Assembly (NCBI RefSeq): GCF_018977255.1
Contig: NW_024704742.1
Location: forward strand, 15,440,001-15,504,000
DNA length: 64,000 bases
Direction: 5' to 3'
Source of the DNA: Callorhinchus milii
Taxonomy: Eukaryota
Below are positions 39,514 to 52,611 of this stretch, piece after piece. The notes beneath the pieces are model-generated. The model was not told where the DNA came from. It worked only from the letters and a program-made list of their open reading frames with translations, and searched no databases. Position numbers and translations under genes: made by a program. Numbering within the stretch: the first letter of the stretch is position 1; every line of letters starts with the position of its first letter.

Positions 39514-42500
39514 TGGGACATCATCCTGACGTGAAAGACACTATATAAATGCAATTTGCTGTTCTTGTTTTTCCACGATTACTGTCATGAAGTCACTTAC
39601 TTGTGAAAAATAAAATTGTTTTGTTAAATACTTTTTACTAGAAGATGGTAAATTTTTAGGAATAATGACCCAAATCAGAGGAGTAACATTATTTGAGGAA
39701 TAGTTTGAGGTTCTCTTGGTCCCAGACCACAAACGCTAACAGCACAGGAAAGGAAACCAGGCATGTTGTTTTATACTTTGAAGTGGAAGCTGCAGGACAG
39801 CTGTACAAACGCCACAGAAGCAGAGCTGTGCTGAGTCCACTAGCTGGAACCCACCCAATAACTTAATGGATAGTTCACAAGAGCGTACGAGTCATTTACT
39901 AGGGGAAAAACTGCCCCATTAACAGTCAATCTTACTGCTCGATTGGGTAAAACCCCGTGGGTGCGGAAGAGTAAAGAACTTAAATATGTACAAGGTAAAC
40001 AACATCCTGTGTGCAGGAAGTGATATCATTTACAGCAGAGATAACAGCACGAACACACACACTTTATCCAGTGGCTTTGTTGAATAAACATAAAATTGAT
40101 ACGAACAAGAGGCATTGAGCGTTTGGTCCCTCGGCAGCAAGTACAACTCCTTTTAGTAGCAGTCACTGCAGTAATTTTATATCAGGGAAATTCTGCAATC
40201 CATACTTTGTTCCTATGACACGCTATAATGTTCACTATTTAACTCCGTATTTCGTTCCTATGACACACGGTCTTGTATTTTGCTATCTTCCACGACGCTT
40301 CGTCTGACCTCATTAGTGACTCACTAAAACAGAAGAACCCCTGGTGTCAGTAAATTCTGGATTTGTTTTGTAAATGTGATGTTTCATAACATTACTAAGC
40401 ATCTAAGCATCAGAAGATAAACACCCACCATCGCAGCATTAACAGATCGAAGTCAGTAGAATGATGACAGGGAAGATAATGTAGGAGTTTAATGTTCTTT
40501 TTTGCACAGTGTATTTCTGCTGTAAAATATTTTGACTAATCCATTCACAGGATACTGGTTTTGCTAAGGGTTTCGCCTGCAGTTTAAATAATGCATTTTG
40601 CTTCTTGTTATTCTAAGAATGAAACTAATCCCATTGTGACTAGCAGAATGATGCTAAAAATATAGCTGCAGTATATAATATAAGAACCGCGAGAAGTTTA
40701 AATTATTTTAAGTTATACAACAAATGGCTGTACAGCAAATGCTAAAACAGATTTCATCTGAACATTAACCTTTGGATTAGACATTAAACTGAAGTCCCTT
40801 CTGCCTGTTTAGGTGGACACTAAAAATCCCATGACACTTTTTGAAAAGGGAAGGGAGTTTCTCCTGTGTCCTGACCAAAAACCCTCCCCCACCTCTCCCC
40901 ATCGAATAAAAGTAATCATTCATTTTATGGCTATTTGTGGGAAATTGCTGTACCCAAATTGGCAACCTTGTTTGCCTGCAAAATAGAGTCACTGCACTTT
41001 ACAGTAAAAATCCTCTGATGCGCTTTGAGACATTCCTCCTAATATGAAAGGCGCAAAATCAAATGCAAATAGTATTATTACTATTATTTAACCTGCCATT
41101 CTCTTTGATATGTTGGCCCAACCATGACACTGATAATAGCAGGTTCTGGCTGTTGAATTACATAATTTGACCAGAAGTGATATTATAACACATAACATAA
41201 AAGTGCAATGATATTCAGATATTCAATGAATAAAAGATCTGTCAGGATATAATAAACTGGTGGATGGGCTGAATATCCTCATCCTGTTTTCTTATGTTCC
41301 TATTCAATAATAAGATGCATTAGAACTATTTATCAACTTTTTACTTGAGGTACAAATATTTAGTCAAATTAACTGAATAACCAAGGCTGATGATAAATGC
41401 TTGTAGTTTGCATTAGGTATTTTCTACTTCTCTATGGCTTTTATTATAGCTGATTTTCTCTGATCGAAACTATCTGCAAAAGACTCTGGTAAAATACCTG
41501 GTACTAACCATATTTTTTTTATGACAGTCACCGTCATATCTCTTTCTGGCTCTCCAACAATAACTGGCAATGCAGTAGCTTTTTATTCTGTTAACTTGTT
41601 TCATGGAAATAATAATTTCCAGTTAAATCACTGTCGGAAAACAACCCTGTTCAGCATCATATTAAGCAGGAAACATTTAACCAAGCAACATTACACCTTA
41701 CAGTAGGGGCGTAAACAAAGACGCCTACATATTAGCTTAGAAAAAATGTGAGGATTTTAGAAGAAAGTGTTTCAAGTGGTAGTGACATTCAGACCTGTGC
41801 TGGTTTTGAAAAAGAAAATTGTAATTGTGTACATACCAAGTAATTTTGAAGGAAGTTCACAAGTTGTTTCAACCCAAGCTCCAGCAGGGGTGAGAATGTT
41901 CCTATTGAGTGGTTTAGCAACTTGCTTGAGCTATAACGTGTTACCACTACTGTTCATTACTCTGCAAGGTCAACCTCTTATTTTGTTCATGCTCTTCCCA
42001 ACCACCAGCTGACATGTTCCATTTGCAATCTGATTCAGTGAAGGCCCATCACCTGGTTGAAAAGAACAAGAGCAAAAGTTGGACCACGGATTAGTGAATT
42101 CAAATTACTTTTAAAAAGTGAATTGCAGAAAATATTTTTTTTTACTGGTGACATCGCAGTGTGTGTAGCACTATCCCAGTTTATCTTTCCTGAGCAATTC
42201 AAAGAACATACACTATTTGAAGGAGTAACAGCAGCATGTCCCACACAGAAATAGATCTGCTGAACTGCACTATTGCTCAGGACTTGTAGCTGCATTCAAT
42301 TTAAGTGTGGTCACTGACTAAGAAAGAGCAACTTGTACTATAATAATAATAGCCCTTGCATTTGATGTAACGCCTTATCACATCGGTGAGCCGTATTATA
42401 AGCCAAAATGATGCCCCTGTGTGTCAGCCTGGCTCAGTGGTAGCACTCTCATCTCTGAATCAGAAGATTGTTGGTTCAAGCTCCATGGAATCACATCATC

Positions 42501-42639
42501 TTAAGCTGACAATCCAATGCAGCATTGGGGACGTGTAGCATTGATGGAGGTGCCATCTTTCGAATGAGACGGTAAACCGAGGTCTCCTCATCAGTAAGAT
42601 CAGTCACTAGGAGCAGGGATTCTACCCATTCTTCTCCGG

Positions 42640-42860
42640 TTAACCCTGCAATCCAAACTTCTAGCGAGTAGGGTGGTCCTTGCTGGACAAGTGTTGGAAA
42701 GCTTACTCGACAGTGTTTTCAATGGTAAGTTATGTGGCTATACCTGGTTAAACTAAAGGGAAACCCTATGCACACTCCGCGGTCCCAAGCCTTCCCGTCT
42801 GCTAACCTGCACCTAATACTCTCCAGAATTAGGAAAGCAAGGAGCATTCCTCTGGTGAGA
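42640..42860 (+). mobile_element. Diverged fragment of the same third-clade LINE
   Basis: gctggacaag...tcaatggtaagttatgtg...ctggtta...ctaatactctccagaattag aligns by eye with 56630-56800. Confidence 0.6.
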
Positions 42861-44009
42861 GTGTGCACTCCATTTCCAGACTCAGAAATTTCCATGTGTT
42901 GGTGGCACACATGGAATTCTCAGTTTGATTTTAATAGTCTTAAGTGTGGTGGTGGTTTTCTGTACGACGAATCAAATAATTAGCTAACCCCACAAAATTG
43001 TTGAAACATACAGTTATTAGGAAATTTATCCAAGGAAATGAGTAGCAAAGTCAGCAAAATGAAATCCCTTTGAATATGATTATACTAAAGCTATTGATCA
43101 GATATGCAAATGCATTTTTACATAAAGCTAACGTGAACCGTTATTTTCAACAGATCCCCAGCAGTGAACAAATTAAAAGCAGCAATGACAGACTAGGGAA
43201 AAATTGGGGGATTTCCACAAACTGGAAATCTGTACCAATGCTCAAAACAGATGGCACAAAAATGTTTTTGCACAATTGATGGGAGGGGCCTATAAAAATG
43301 TAAGTTGCCAGTAACAGGATTTGTCTTATAGCTTCTGGCTTCCGAGGGAACACAGTGCACAAAATCTGTCAGTGAATTTGCCACATACTCTTTTGTTTTC
43401 CCAAAATATGTTTTGCACACAAAATATATAGTTTATTCTGTGAAGAGCTTTGAGACGTCTCGAAGACGTGATAAGGCGCTATATCAAATGCAAAGATTAT
43501 TATTATTATTACTGGAGAGATTGAATTAGTTTTAATAATAAAAATCCTTGGATTTGATATAGCATCTTATCAAATCATCAAGACATCTTAAAGTACTTCC
43601 TAGGATTTTATTTTGACTGTATAGCTGTAGTGAATTTGCATACAGCAATATCCCACAAATAGCTTTGAAGTTAATCCATTTTGTATCTGTTTTTCTAATA
43701 GGTTTCTAATAACAATAATTGTCATTATTTTATATATTCTGGAAAGTAACAGTCTCAAACAGCCTTTGCGCTGAACATTTTTTGTCTGCATTACAACTGA
43801 AGGAAAATTTCATTCTTTGCAGTTCTACATTAATAAATGAGGATAATGGTACTCTGATCTGAATATGAGTGATTCGGAATGATTGTCTGGATTTTCCTAA
43901 CTTCAGCCTTAGACTTTTTGATATCAAATTAAGGTAACAGTGGTTCAGACATAATGGTCCAAATGGATTTTAACATGCGGCCCAGAGGCTTAAGGCTTAC
44001 AACAAGATA

Positions 44010-44177
44010 CAACAACAAGATTGCATTTATAGAGCGCCTTTCACGTCGGGAGGACGTCCCAAGGCGCTGGACAGTTGGGTCGGGACCCGAGCAGGGGGGG
44101 AAATGGTCAGGGTGAGGGGTGGGAAGGGAGGGAGCGAGGAGGGGGTAGAGAGTCGAGAGGGGAGCTGAAGGTACGGC
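44010..44177 (-). mobile_element. L2 3'UTR fragment
   Basis: Reverse complement of the L2 3'UTR and stem-loop. Confidence 0.85.
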
Positions 44178-45212
44178 TTAGCCTGTTTGATTGGTAAAAC
44201 ATTCATTTTTGGCAATGTGGAGAACAAAGTTGGCCATTCCTCAGCAGATCACTACTTAAAAATAATTATTCAATTAAACAAAATGTAGATCTAGGGTCTA
44301 ACATTTACAAGAGAAAAAATTGTCTGCCTCAAATATAAATAGGTCGAGTACTGGCATCTGAAAGGAAGGAACCATTCACCTGAAGGAGCATATTGTCACT
44401 TGGTTGGCAATATTCTGGTGGAATTTAAGGAATGTCATATCCTTTACCCCAAGATCATTCAAATCCTAATGCAAATGTTTGGAAAATTGTCTTCAGTTAA
44501 TGATGCGCAAGGAAACTTGGATCGGAGAGATTCCCAAGGCTATATGAATATCTTGCTTGCTGCATGGTCATTGAACAATTATAGAAACTAGACCCTGAGC
44601 TCCCTAACGTTCTGGAAATTGGCTAATCTTGCTCGAATTATTTGGATAGATCTGTACTGGGTTGCTGCACTGGGCTGAGGGTCACATAAAAACTATCCTT
44701 AGAGGAAGGTGACTGCAATTTCAGCCCACCTGATTACACTGGGTCTTGGTGGTACTAACAGTATTTCTGGAGCAGTCTGTGACCCACAGCCACCTGCCTG
44801 CTGCTGGATGAGTATGTGTGATGTGGTTTGTGGACATCTGAGTTGGAAAGATAATAAGAGGAAAACATAATCATGACCAAAATGTGAGCAACCAGTAAAA
44901 ACACTGGGCTGAATATTAGCAACAATCACTTTCGAATAACTTTTTTTAAAAAATGTATTCAGGCAAACTTATCATTGGAACAGTCATAAGGCTGAAAGTC
45001 AGAGGAAACTGCCCTCCAAATATGAATATCTGCACGAGGAAGTGTACTTCTTGTTGGTCAGCCAGGAGTCTGCTCTGCTTCAGAGACGCTAAGGTCAGAA
45101 CATCTATTTCTGTTACAAACAGTATTTGTGTTAGGGAAATGAGCTGTGAGCTGAGCCAATAGAAAAGTGTGGAAATATTTGCCAAAAATTGCAGGGCATT
45201 TGACAAATTTTA

Positions 45213-45281
45213 TGGGAAGTTGCGGAGGGTTAATTGGGAAGTTGCGGAGGGTTAATTGGGAAGTTGCGGAGGGTTAATTGG
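45213..45281. repeat. Perfect 22-bp tandem repeat x3 (TGGGAAGTTGCGGAGGGTTAAT)
   Basis: Three identical adjacent units at 45213, 45235 and 45257, with no spacers. Confidence 0.95.
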
Positions 45282-45624
45282 TGCTATTGAAAGACACATT
45301 TTGTGAAACAACCCAGCTTAAAACTAAAGGCATATATTTCCTGTCTGCGATGTAGTTATGTTATGTAGTTATGTTTAAAATACTAAAAAAATATTTTGCA
45401 TATTACAGCATTTACCAAGAATTCGTCGCTGGAGCTCAGTTTAGGGCGGGCGCCGGGCAAAGCCGATTTCCCACTCTCGCTGCTTCCATGCTCCCAACAC
45501 TCCCTGTGCTGGGCATGGGCGACCGGAGCCGCCCTGCCCACAGTAACATCGTTGAGCAAATAGCACACAGAGGATCGGGACCGAGCGCACTGTGTTTACA
45601 GGTTTGTAGCGGAGGGAGCATTTG

Positions 45625-45930
45625 TAATAATAATAATAATAATACGTGCAATTAATATAGCGCTTTTCATGTCTTCTAGACGTCTCAAAGTATTTCACAG
45701 AATAGACTGTAAAAGTAAATTGACTGTATTTGTGAGCAAAACGTGGCAGCCAATTGTGCAGTTTCCCACAACCAGTCGTGGATTGAGCGATCAAATTATT
45801 CTTATTTTTTTTCTTGAGGGGTTATTACCAGGCGTGTGGAGTAAGGAAACTTGCCCTAGGTTTCACTCTTCCGGGAATCAAAGCCAGGTCTCTTGCTTGT
45901 GAGGCGAGTGCTCTAACCACTGAGCTACAG
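45625..45930 (-). mobile_element. tRNA-derived SINE (short subfamily)
   Basis: (TAA)n tail, core, head ending actgagctacag. Confidence 0.88.
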
Positions 45931-47619
45931 CGTTTTATAGCGGAGGAGGGTGTTTGGAGCTGATTCCGTGGAAAAAGTGCGGCCACACTCTTCTATTGGT
46001 CCAGGCTATGAGAAATGACTAGACAAATTAAGGCTCTTAAATCTTGAGAGGAAACGATTCAGCTGGGCCGAAGGGCCTTCTTTCTTTCAGACCAATCTCA
46101 TGAATTATGATCCTGTAGTTTATTAATGAGGAAATCAATTCCCTGTAGTCACTCAGTTCTCAGCAGTGTGGCTCAGCATGAGTGATGTATGAGTTAGACA
46201 CTCCAGACTTAGTCCCATTTTACAGCTATTAAGCCCCCTCACTGCTGTAATCCTGAGGCAACAGGCATTATGCATTGGCTCGCTCTTTCACAGACAAACC
46301 ACACTGTGGGCCACTTCTTTCTCTACCCAAATGCATTGCAACAGTGATCATTGATTAATACTTCATGTGATTAATCAGTACTCTGTGCGACCAGGGCTTA
46401 TGAAATTATATATCTAGTAGAGGGAAAAACAAGTGAAATATCTGAAACATGAGAAGTTGGGAGGGGAGCGGAGTATATTTCCTTGGCATTCACAAGCTAT
46501 TTGCGAGGACAACACATGTGCCATGCACAGAGATTTGCTTTACCCTAGTATATTCCTTTTGTTGTTCATTCTGGTGCCTGAAACTCACAGAAACCCTTAA
46601 GATGCTTAAGATAATCCAAAGCAAACTACTAAGAAGTCCACCTATGCATGGCAATTTTCATTTGGTATGGGAATACACTCTCTCCCTGAAGGGACACACT
46701 ATGTATCCCTAAGAGTTTAGGTGCAGGCTGGCAAGTTTTCAAGTATTACAAATCAAGTTCATTGGTTTTATCTATCATCGACAGTGCCCTGGAGTATTGC
46801 AAACCCACCTGGCTCAAACTACTGAGACTGCCACAGAAATTCAATGTCAGCTAAAACTGTGAGCTCATGTTGTCATGGGGCTTGAACTCCCAACTGAGTC
46901 AAGCTGATGATTTATCCCAGTGGATAAAAGTGGGAAGACAGGACGCTGCCAACTCACCCTCTTCTATTGGATTTACTGATGTCCGACTAGGACTTGCTTT
47001 AAAGATTTAAAGATAAAGTAGTTTCCATCAATTCCCATCAAACGAATATAATAAAATAGAATTATAGATCTTTGCAAAGCTGTGATATGTCCCTCAATGT
47101 GGCAGTTCTGTTACATACATACATGTTAGCAACAGCTCCCCCACCATGCAAGAGAAAGTACAACTGTAGGTACAATTGTCTTAGCATTGAGTCATTTACA
47201 CTGTTTCTTATGAAAAGCCCCTCTGTTTAGGACAGAGGAGCTCAGCACTCATTGCACAACACTATCTTTACCACCTGCAATCCTCTGACATTTACAGATT
47301 GAAGACCCAAGAGATTCAGCATTCATTTAATGAATCATCTTTTTTATTTATTCTGACTAATAACAATGTACACAGAACTGTAATCACAATTATGAGATTG
47401 AAATTTAAACTGAATACAAAATTAGTCAGCAACCTTATGCTATAGAATCCCCAATCAATTGGTGGGCATATAAATAATTTTGAATGTGACTTAGTGCAGT
47501 TAGTTTTGTTCAGTATGTGTTTTACAATAATGATATATTGGTTAATTTTGTGAAATTTGCATTGGTTCCCATATGCTTGAAAAACACAACAGCAGATAAA
47601 ATGGCCGTTAAGCACATAT

Positions 47620-47890
47620 GGTAACTGAAAATTTCACACATACAATAACATACATTCCCCTGACAATGACAAACTGTGACTCTAACTTTACACTGAGTAG
47701 TACAGACACTATAACATCACATTGACAGTATTGCAGACACTTAATGTCACACCGGCAACCACACAGCCAATGAAACATCACACTGTCAGTAATACAGCCA
47801 CTGCAACACTGATCGTGATGCTGGCAGTCACACACTGATACTGTGACACTGAACATAATAGACACTGTAATATCACAGTCCCTCAGACAA
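47620..47890. repeat. Degenerate CA-rich (acactg-like) low-complexity repeat
   Basis: Recurring acactg/atcacac units. Confidence 0.6.
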
Positions 47891-50221
47891 GTCAAACTGC
47901 TTCAAGTCCCCTGCCTTACCTGTCCCCACCATCATAGGTGGATTTTATGTGCCTGCACTGTAATCTATCTCCCATCTTTTAATTTTACGTTTTTCACTTT
48001 CGAGACCAGTCAAATGAAATTTAACGATCTACAATTCTGTATTTAATAGCATTTACGCACTTCCACTTGATTTAAAGTCTTTCACGTCAGGAGGCCATCT
48101 CAAAGCGCTTCACATGATATTTTGCAAAGTGTAGTTTCTGTCTCATTTGTATGCGAGTTCAATGTATAATGGTCAGCCTGGCTCAGTTGGTAGCACTCTT
48201 ACCTCTGAGTTGGAAGGTAATGGATATAGAACCATATAATCTATGCTGGGGAAGCATAGACTGTATGGTCCCAAGTCCCAATGCATCCATGGCACTACTT
48301 ATAAAGGGAAGTGAGTTTCTGCTGGGGTCTTGGGTCATGTCTAACATGTCGCAAAATAATATAACAAATCCCCCACTCACTCTATAGCTGCTTGCGGGAT
48401 ATTGCTGAGTGCAAATTGGCGGTCAAGTGTTCAGCTTTTCTGCACCCACTCTCTGGAACTCTATTCTGGAATCGCTCCAGCTCGCCCCCGCTCTTGCCTC
48501 CTTCAAGGCCTATCTCAAGACCTTCCTCTTTGACCGTGCCTTTGGCCACTCTCCCTACCCTCCACCTATCTTGATTCCAACTCCCAGCTCGGATACAAAC
48601 CCTTAACTATCCAGAACTGTGGGACGCTCTTCTGACGTGAAAGGTGCTAACTTGTTGTTGATGCACATCGTGAAGTGCGTTGAGACATCTTGAGGATATA
48701 AGGCATTATATAATTTACAAGGATCATTATTATTATGTAATCTTATTTAAATCTATTTTAAATACAGTGGATTCAAATTATTTTGGATACTTGCAGTATC
48801 TGACTTCTGTCGCTAGATGTCCTGTACACATTATAAATCTATTACGCTTGTAGAATTTATGTAAAGCCCAATGGACCTCTTGTGGAAGTTACTGGATACT
48901 GCAAGACCAGACTGCCAATGATTATTTCATCAGATGCGGTCAAACATGTTTTCAACAACAGCTCAGACGAATGGGCCAAAATGGCCTTTATATAGGGGTG
49001 GCCTTTGAATAAGGGTCTGTTTGGTGTCTGTAGAATTTCTAAGTGTTTAGAAAAATACAGTGCACAAACAACCCCCTTTACTAAATTAATTTTAATAAAT
49101 GAATATAAGAATATAACAATTTGCCAGGCGAAAGATGATCAAGGTCCACCTCGTTCGCATTCCACCATCCTGGCAGTTGCGTGACTTGTTGTTTCCCAAA
49201 CTATACACTGTATCCTGAGATATTATTTCCTAGCAGAAATCTATCTAACTTGTTCTTGAAACAAATGGCATTTTCTGCTTCCGCTGTCTCCCTAGGGAGC
49301 CTGTTCTGTAAGTTTACTACTCTCTCACTAAAATAGTGTTTCCGCAGATTTGATCTGAATTTACCCCCCTTCAGTTATAGGTCACGTCCTCTGGTTCTAC
49401 TGTTCAATACAAGATAAAACAACTTGTCATGGTCTATGTTACATGTTCCCTGCAGATAATGACTAAATTAAAGATTAAAAATAATTGGAAATAATAATTA
49501 AATTACAATCAAAAGTCATTACTGTTTGCTGAAGAAATCCATAATCATTTTCTGGTGGGTCTATTTTCTGACTGTGTTTTTCAGAAAGTTTGGCTTTCAT
49601 AAAAGGTGTCAGTGCAATACACAAGGTGTAAAAGGACTAAAAAATAAATGACTACTTGTTGCATTAGACAGGTGATTGCTGAATCCAAGGTGATTTATTA
49701 TGCCAAATGTGTCTGGACAGATCCAAGGAGGCTATTGACCGTATGTCTTCATTTAACAACACATTCCATTTATATAGTGCCTTTCACATCAGAAAGGACG
49801 TCCCAAGGCATTGGTTATTTTTTTCTATTATTTCTATATTTTTGTATATTTTTGATTTTTTTTCTATTAAATAGATTGCTGGACTGTTTCATTGAGAAAC
49901 CTGGTATTAATGCCACTGGGTGCAATATGGTTGGCTCAGTTAGATGCACTCTGATCTCTGGATCAAAAGATCTGGGTTCAAATCCTAGTCAGATGTCCTG
50001 GCTTTTGGATCAAATGTTAAAGCAAGCTCCCGTCTATCTGTTTTCAGTTGTTCATTGAAGATCTCATGATACTAGTCACACCAGGAGTGTGTACTGATAA
50101 ATAAGTCTTCAAATTTATTTGCCTACAAAAACAGTCCTTGTACCTGACATGATAGGAGATTATTAAATGCAAAATAAGGAGTCTCCACTCATTTTCCTTA
50201 TCAATAGAATTATTGGATATG

Positions 50222-50511
50222 AGATCCCAAGTGAGGCACAGTACTGTGAAGTTGATGGCATGTGTATAAGATCATTGCCCTTTCACAGAATTTAAATTTA
50301 AATGAATTAATTCAGATATATTTTTGTGCCTTTGTATGCATGTACAAATTAAAGGTTTCTGCATGGACTATTGTAACTTATGTAATATTTCTATGCTGAC
50401 AGCTCTGAGCGAATAAATCTGAATTTATTAATTGAATTTAAATTCTGCAAAAGGGCAATGATCTTCCATACATGCTATCAACTTCACAGTATTGGGCCTT
50501 ACTTAGGGTCT
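50222..50511. mobile_element. MITE-like palindromic element (~290 bp, ~100-bp inverted arms)
   Basis: tactgtgaagttgatggcatgtgtataagatcattgccctttcacagaatttaaatt (left) pairs with aatttaaattctgcaaaagggcaatgatcttccatacatgctatcaacttcacagta (right). Confidence 0.75.
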
Positions 50512-50980
50512 AATTTGCTCTGAGCGACACTGTTTGGCCATAGGAATTTGAAAGTTGTCACAAGCTTGTCGTTTTGTCTCACATTCTTAACTTTAAACTT
50601 TCTTAAACATGATATGATCGAGCATGATAGGCATATTTAGCCTTCAAACTTTCATAAAAAATAATTTGCAGTTCACAAAGTAATGAAACACAGCAGTTTT
50701 CAAGAAAGATTTTCTAGATATGAAGTCTTTGGAAATTTCTGATTGATGTTGATTATTCTCAGTGAATTGAAATCTTTAATCTGTGAGCTGCATTGCTGTG
50801 TTTCTTTATTTTCTTTCAACCCGTATAAAGGAGGTCTCGGTGTCCCTCCTCCAAGTTTCACATATTATCTTTGGTCTGTGATGAGACTACTTGTGCTTCT
50901 GTATCCAACAGAAGTTTAAAACTATCAGATCATCAAAGCAACTCCAAATAAAAGACACTCAAAGCAATGCTACAACTACA

Positions 50981-51299
50981 GTGGAGTCCTGTAGCTCAGT
51001 GGTTAGAGCACTCGCTTTGCAAGCGAGAGACCTGAGTTCAATTCCAGGCAGAGGGCGAAACCTTGGGCAAGTTTCCTTACTCCACACACCTAATAATAAT
51101 CTCTCCAAAACAAAACAATAATAAATTGGTCATTTTCAATCTACGACTGTTTGTGGGACATTGCTGTGCGCAATTGGCTGCCGCGTTCGACCACAAATTT
51201 ACAGTCAATTCACTTTACAGTATATTCTGTGAAGCGCTTTCGGACGTCTAGAAGACGTGAAAAGCGCTATATCAAATGCAAGGATTATTATTATTATTA
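50981..51299 (+). mobile_element. tRNA-Ala-derived SINE (short subfamily), complete
   Basis: A box TAGCTCAGTGG; anticodon arm CTCGC-TTTGCAA-GCGAG (TGC); B box GTTCAATTCC; Deu-like core tttgtgggacattgctgtgcgcaattggctgcc; L2-like tail; (TTA)n. Confidence 0.92.
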
Positions 51300-51914
51300 C
51301 AATAACAGCAAATGTCTTTTCTCATTTTTTTCTCACAGGGAATTCACAGCATTTCTCGGATGCTTTGGGTTGAAGCCCAGTATCACCAGTTTGGGCCTTA
51401 AGGAAGCTTACCCTGAGACTGGGCTGCTTTTTACACACAACGTGAACAACAGAAATACTTATTACTATGATAATTATAATGATTATTAATTATAATTATA
51501 AAGATTATTAATAATAATCCTTGCCTTTAATACAGGCTTCATCATATCGTTAAAATGTCTCAAAGCTCTTCACAGGAATTTTATGGGGAAATGAAGCAAA
51601 GTGATTGAATGCGGGAGCCAATTTGCATACAGCAATGTCCCATCAAACAGCAATGAAGTGAATGCACAATTTTATATCTGGGGATTATTGGCCAGGATAC
51701 TAGGAGAATCTCCCTTCTCTTGTCAAATAGTACTATGGGATCTTTAACGTCTCCCTGAACAGGTAGACAGGATCTCGGTTTAATATCTCATCCAAAAGAT
51801 AACACAAATGGCTTGAATATCAAAGACAAGGTTGGGTGCTCAATTGAAATTAACTCCAAGAACTCCTTCTTGGTAAGTCTGCTTTCAATAGAAATATCTA
51901 AAATACATTTTACT

Positions 51915-51985
51915 TGGTATTAATATTAATATTGATATATTATTAATATTATTGATATAATATTAATTAATATTAATATTGGTAT
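51915..51985. repeat. AT-rich (attaat)n low-complexity tract
   Basis: Direct reading of the sequence. Confidence 0.8.
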
Positions 51986-52611
51986 TTGGAGGGCTCATCC
52001 GAGATTGTTGATGTCACTGCAGGAAACACAAGGCACTGCTGTGGTCTTGGAGGAAAACATCGCAAGAGGAATCCCTGCATCTCATGGCCTATAGGATATG
52101 TGCATGTGTGCCAGCTTTTATATTTCATACATTTTTTATTTGCTGTGCTTTAGCAGACACACAGCAAGAAGCTAAAACAAAATTGTTCTTGGATGTCCAG
52201 CAATGATTTTTAAAAAGAAATCCATGGAGAGATGCCATAGGAATAAGCAGTTTTCAGATGAGTTACTATCTCCTTCATATACATATTTTGTGTCCAATAA
52301 AATATTATAAAATCATTGCACTTTACAGTAAATCTCGTGAATGACTTTGCGATGTCTTCCCTATCTGAAAGGCACTATATAAAATGAAAGCATTATTTAT
52401 TTATTATTTATTACAGTTCATTAGAATAGATACAGAGAGAAAATGTGCCATAGGTTATTGGGTCATCTTCAGTGATAATACCACATTTTGCACTTTTCAC
52501 CTAAAAAAATTTATACAGCTACTCGGTTATGAAAACATGTCCTTGTCTTCAAATTTTTAGGGAAAATCCACAAGCGATAAACTCAAATTTAGAATTATTT
52601 GTGATGTTTAA

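Noticed and set aside
43060..43220. Octamer ATGCAAAT and kB GGGGATTTCC
   Set aside because: Isolated motifs at a frequency compatible with chance; no supporting promoter or exon structure.
45213..45281. Short direct repeats resembling a CRISPR array
   Set aside because: No spacers, no cas genes, vertebrate context.
49585..49760. Acceptor followed by KFGFHKRCQCNTQGVKG and a nearby MCLD, suggesting a second chemokine or pseudogene
   Set aside because: Wrong phase for a CXC exon 2, early stop, no third Cys, spacing too short and no signal exon; probably chance.
50983..51055. tRNA-Ala(TGC)-like sequence
   Set aside because: It is a SINE head: no proper acceptor stem, followed by SINE body and repeated many times.
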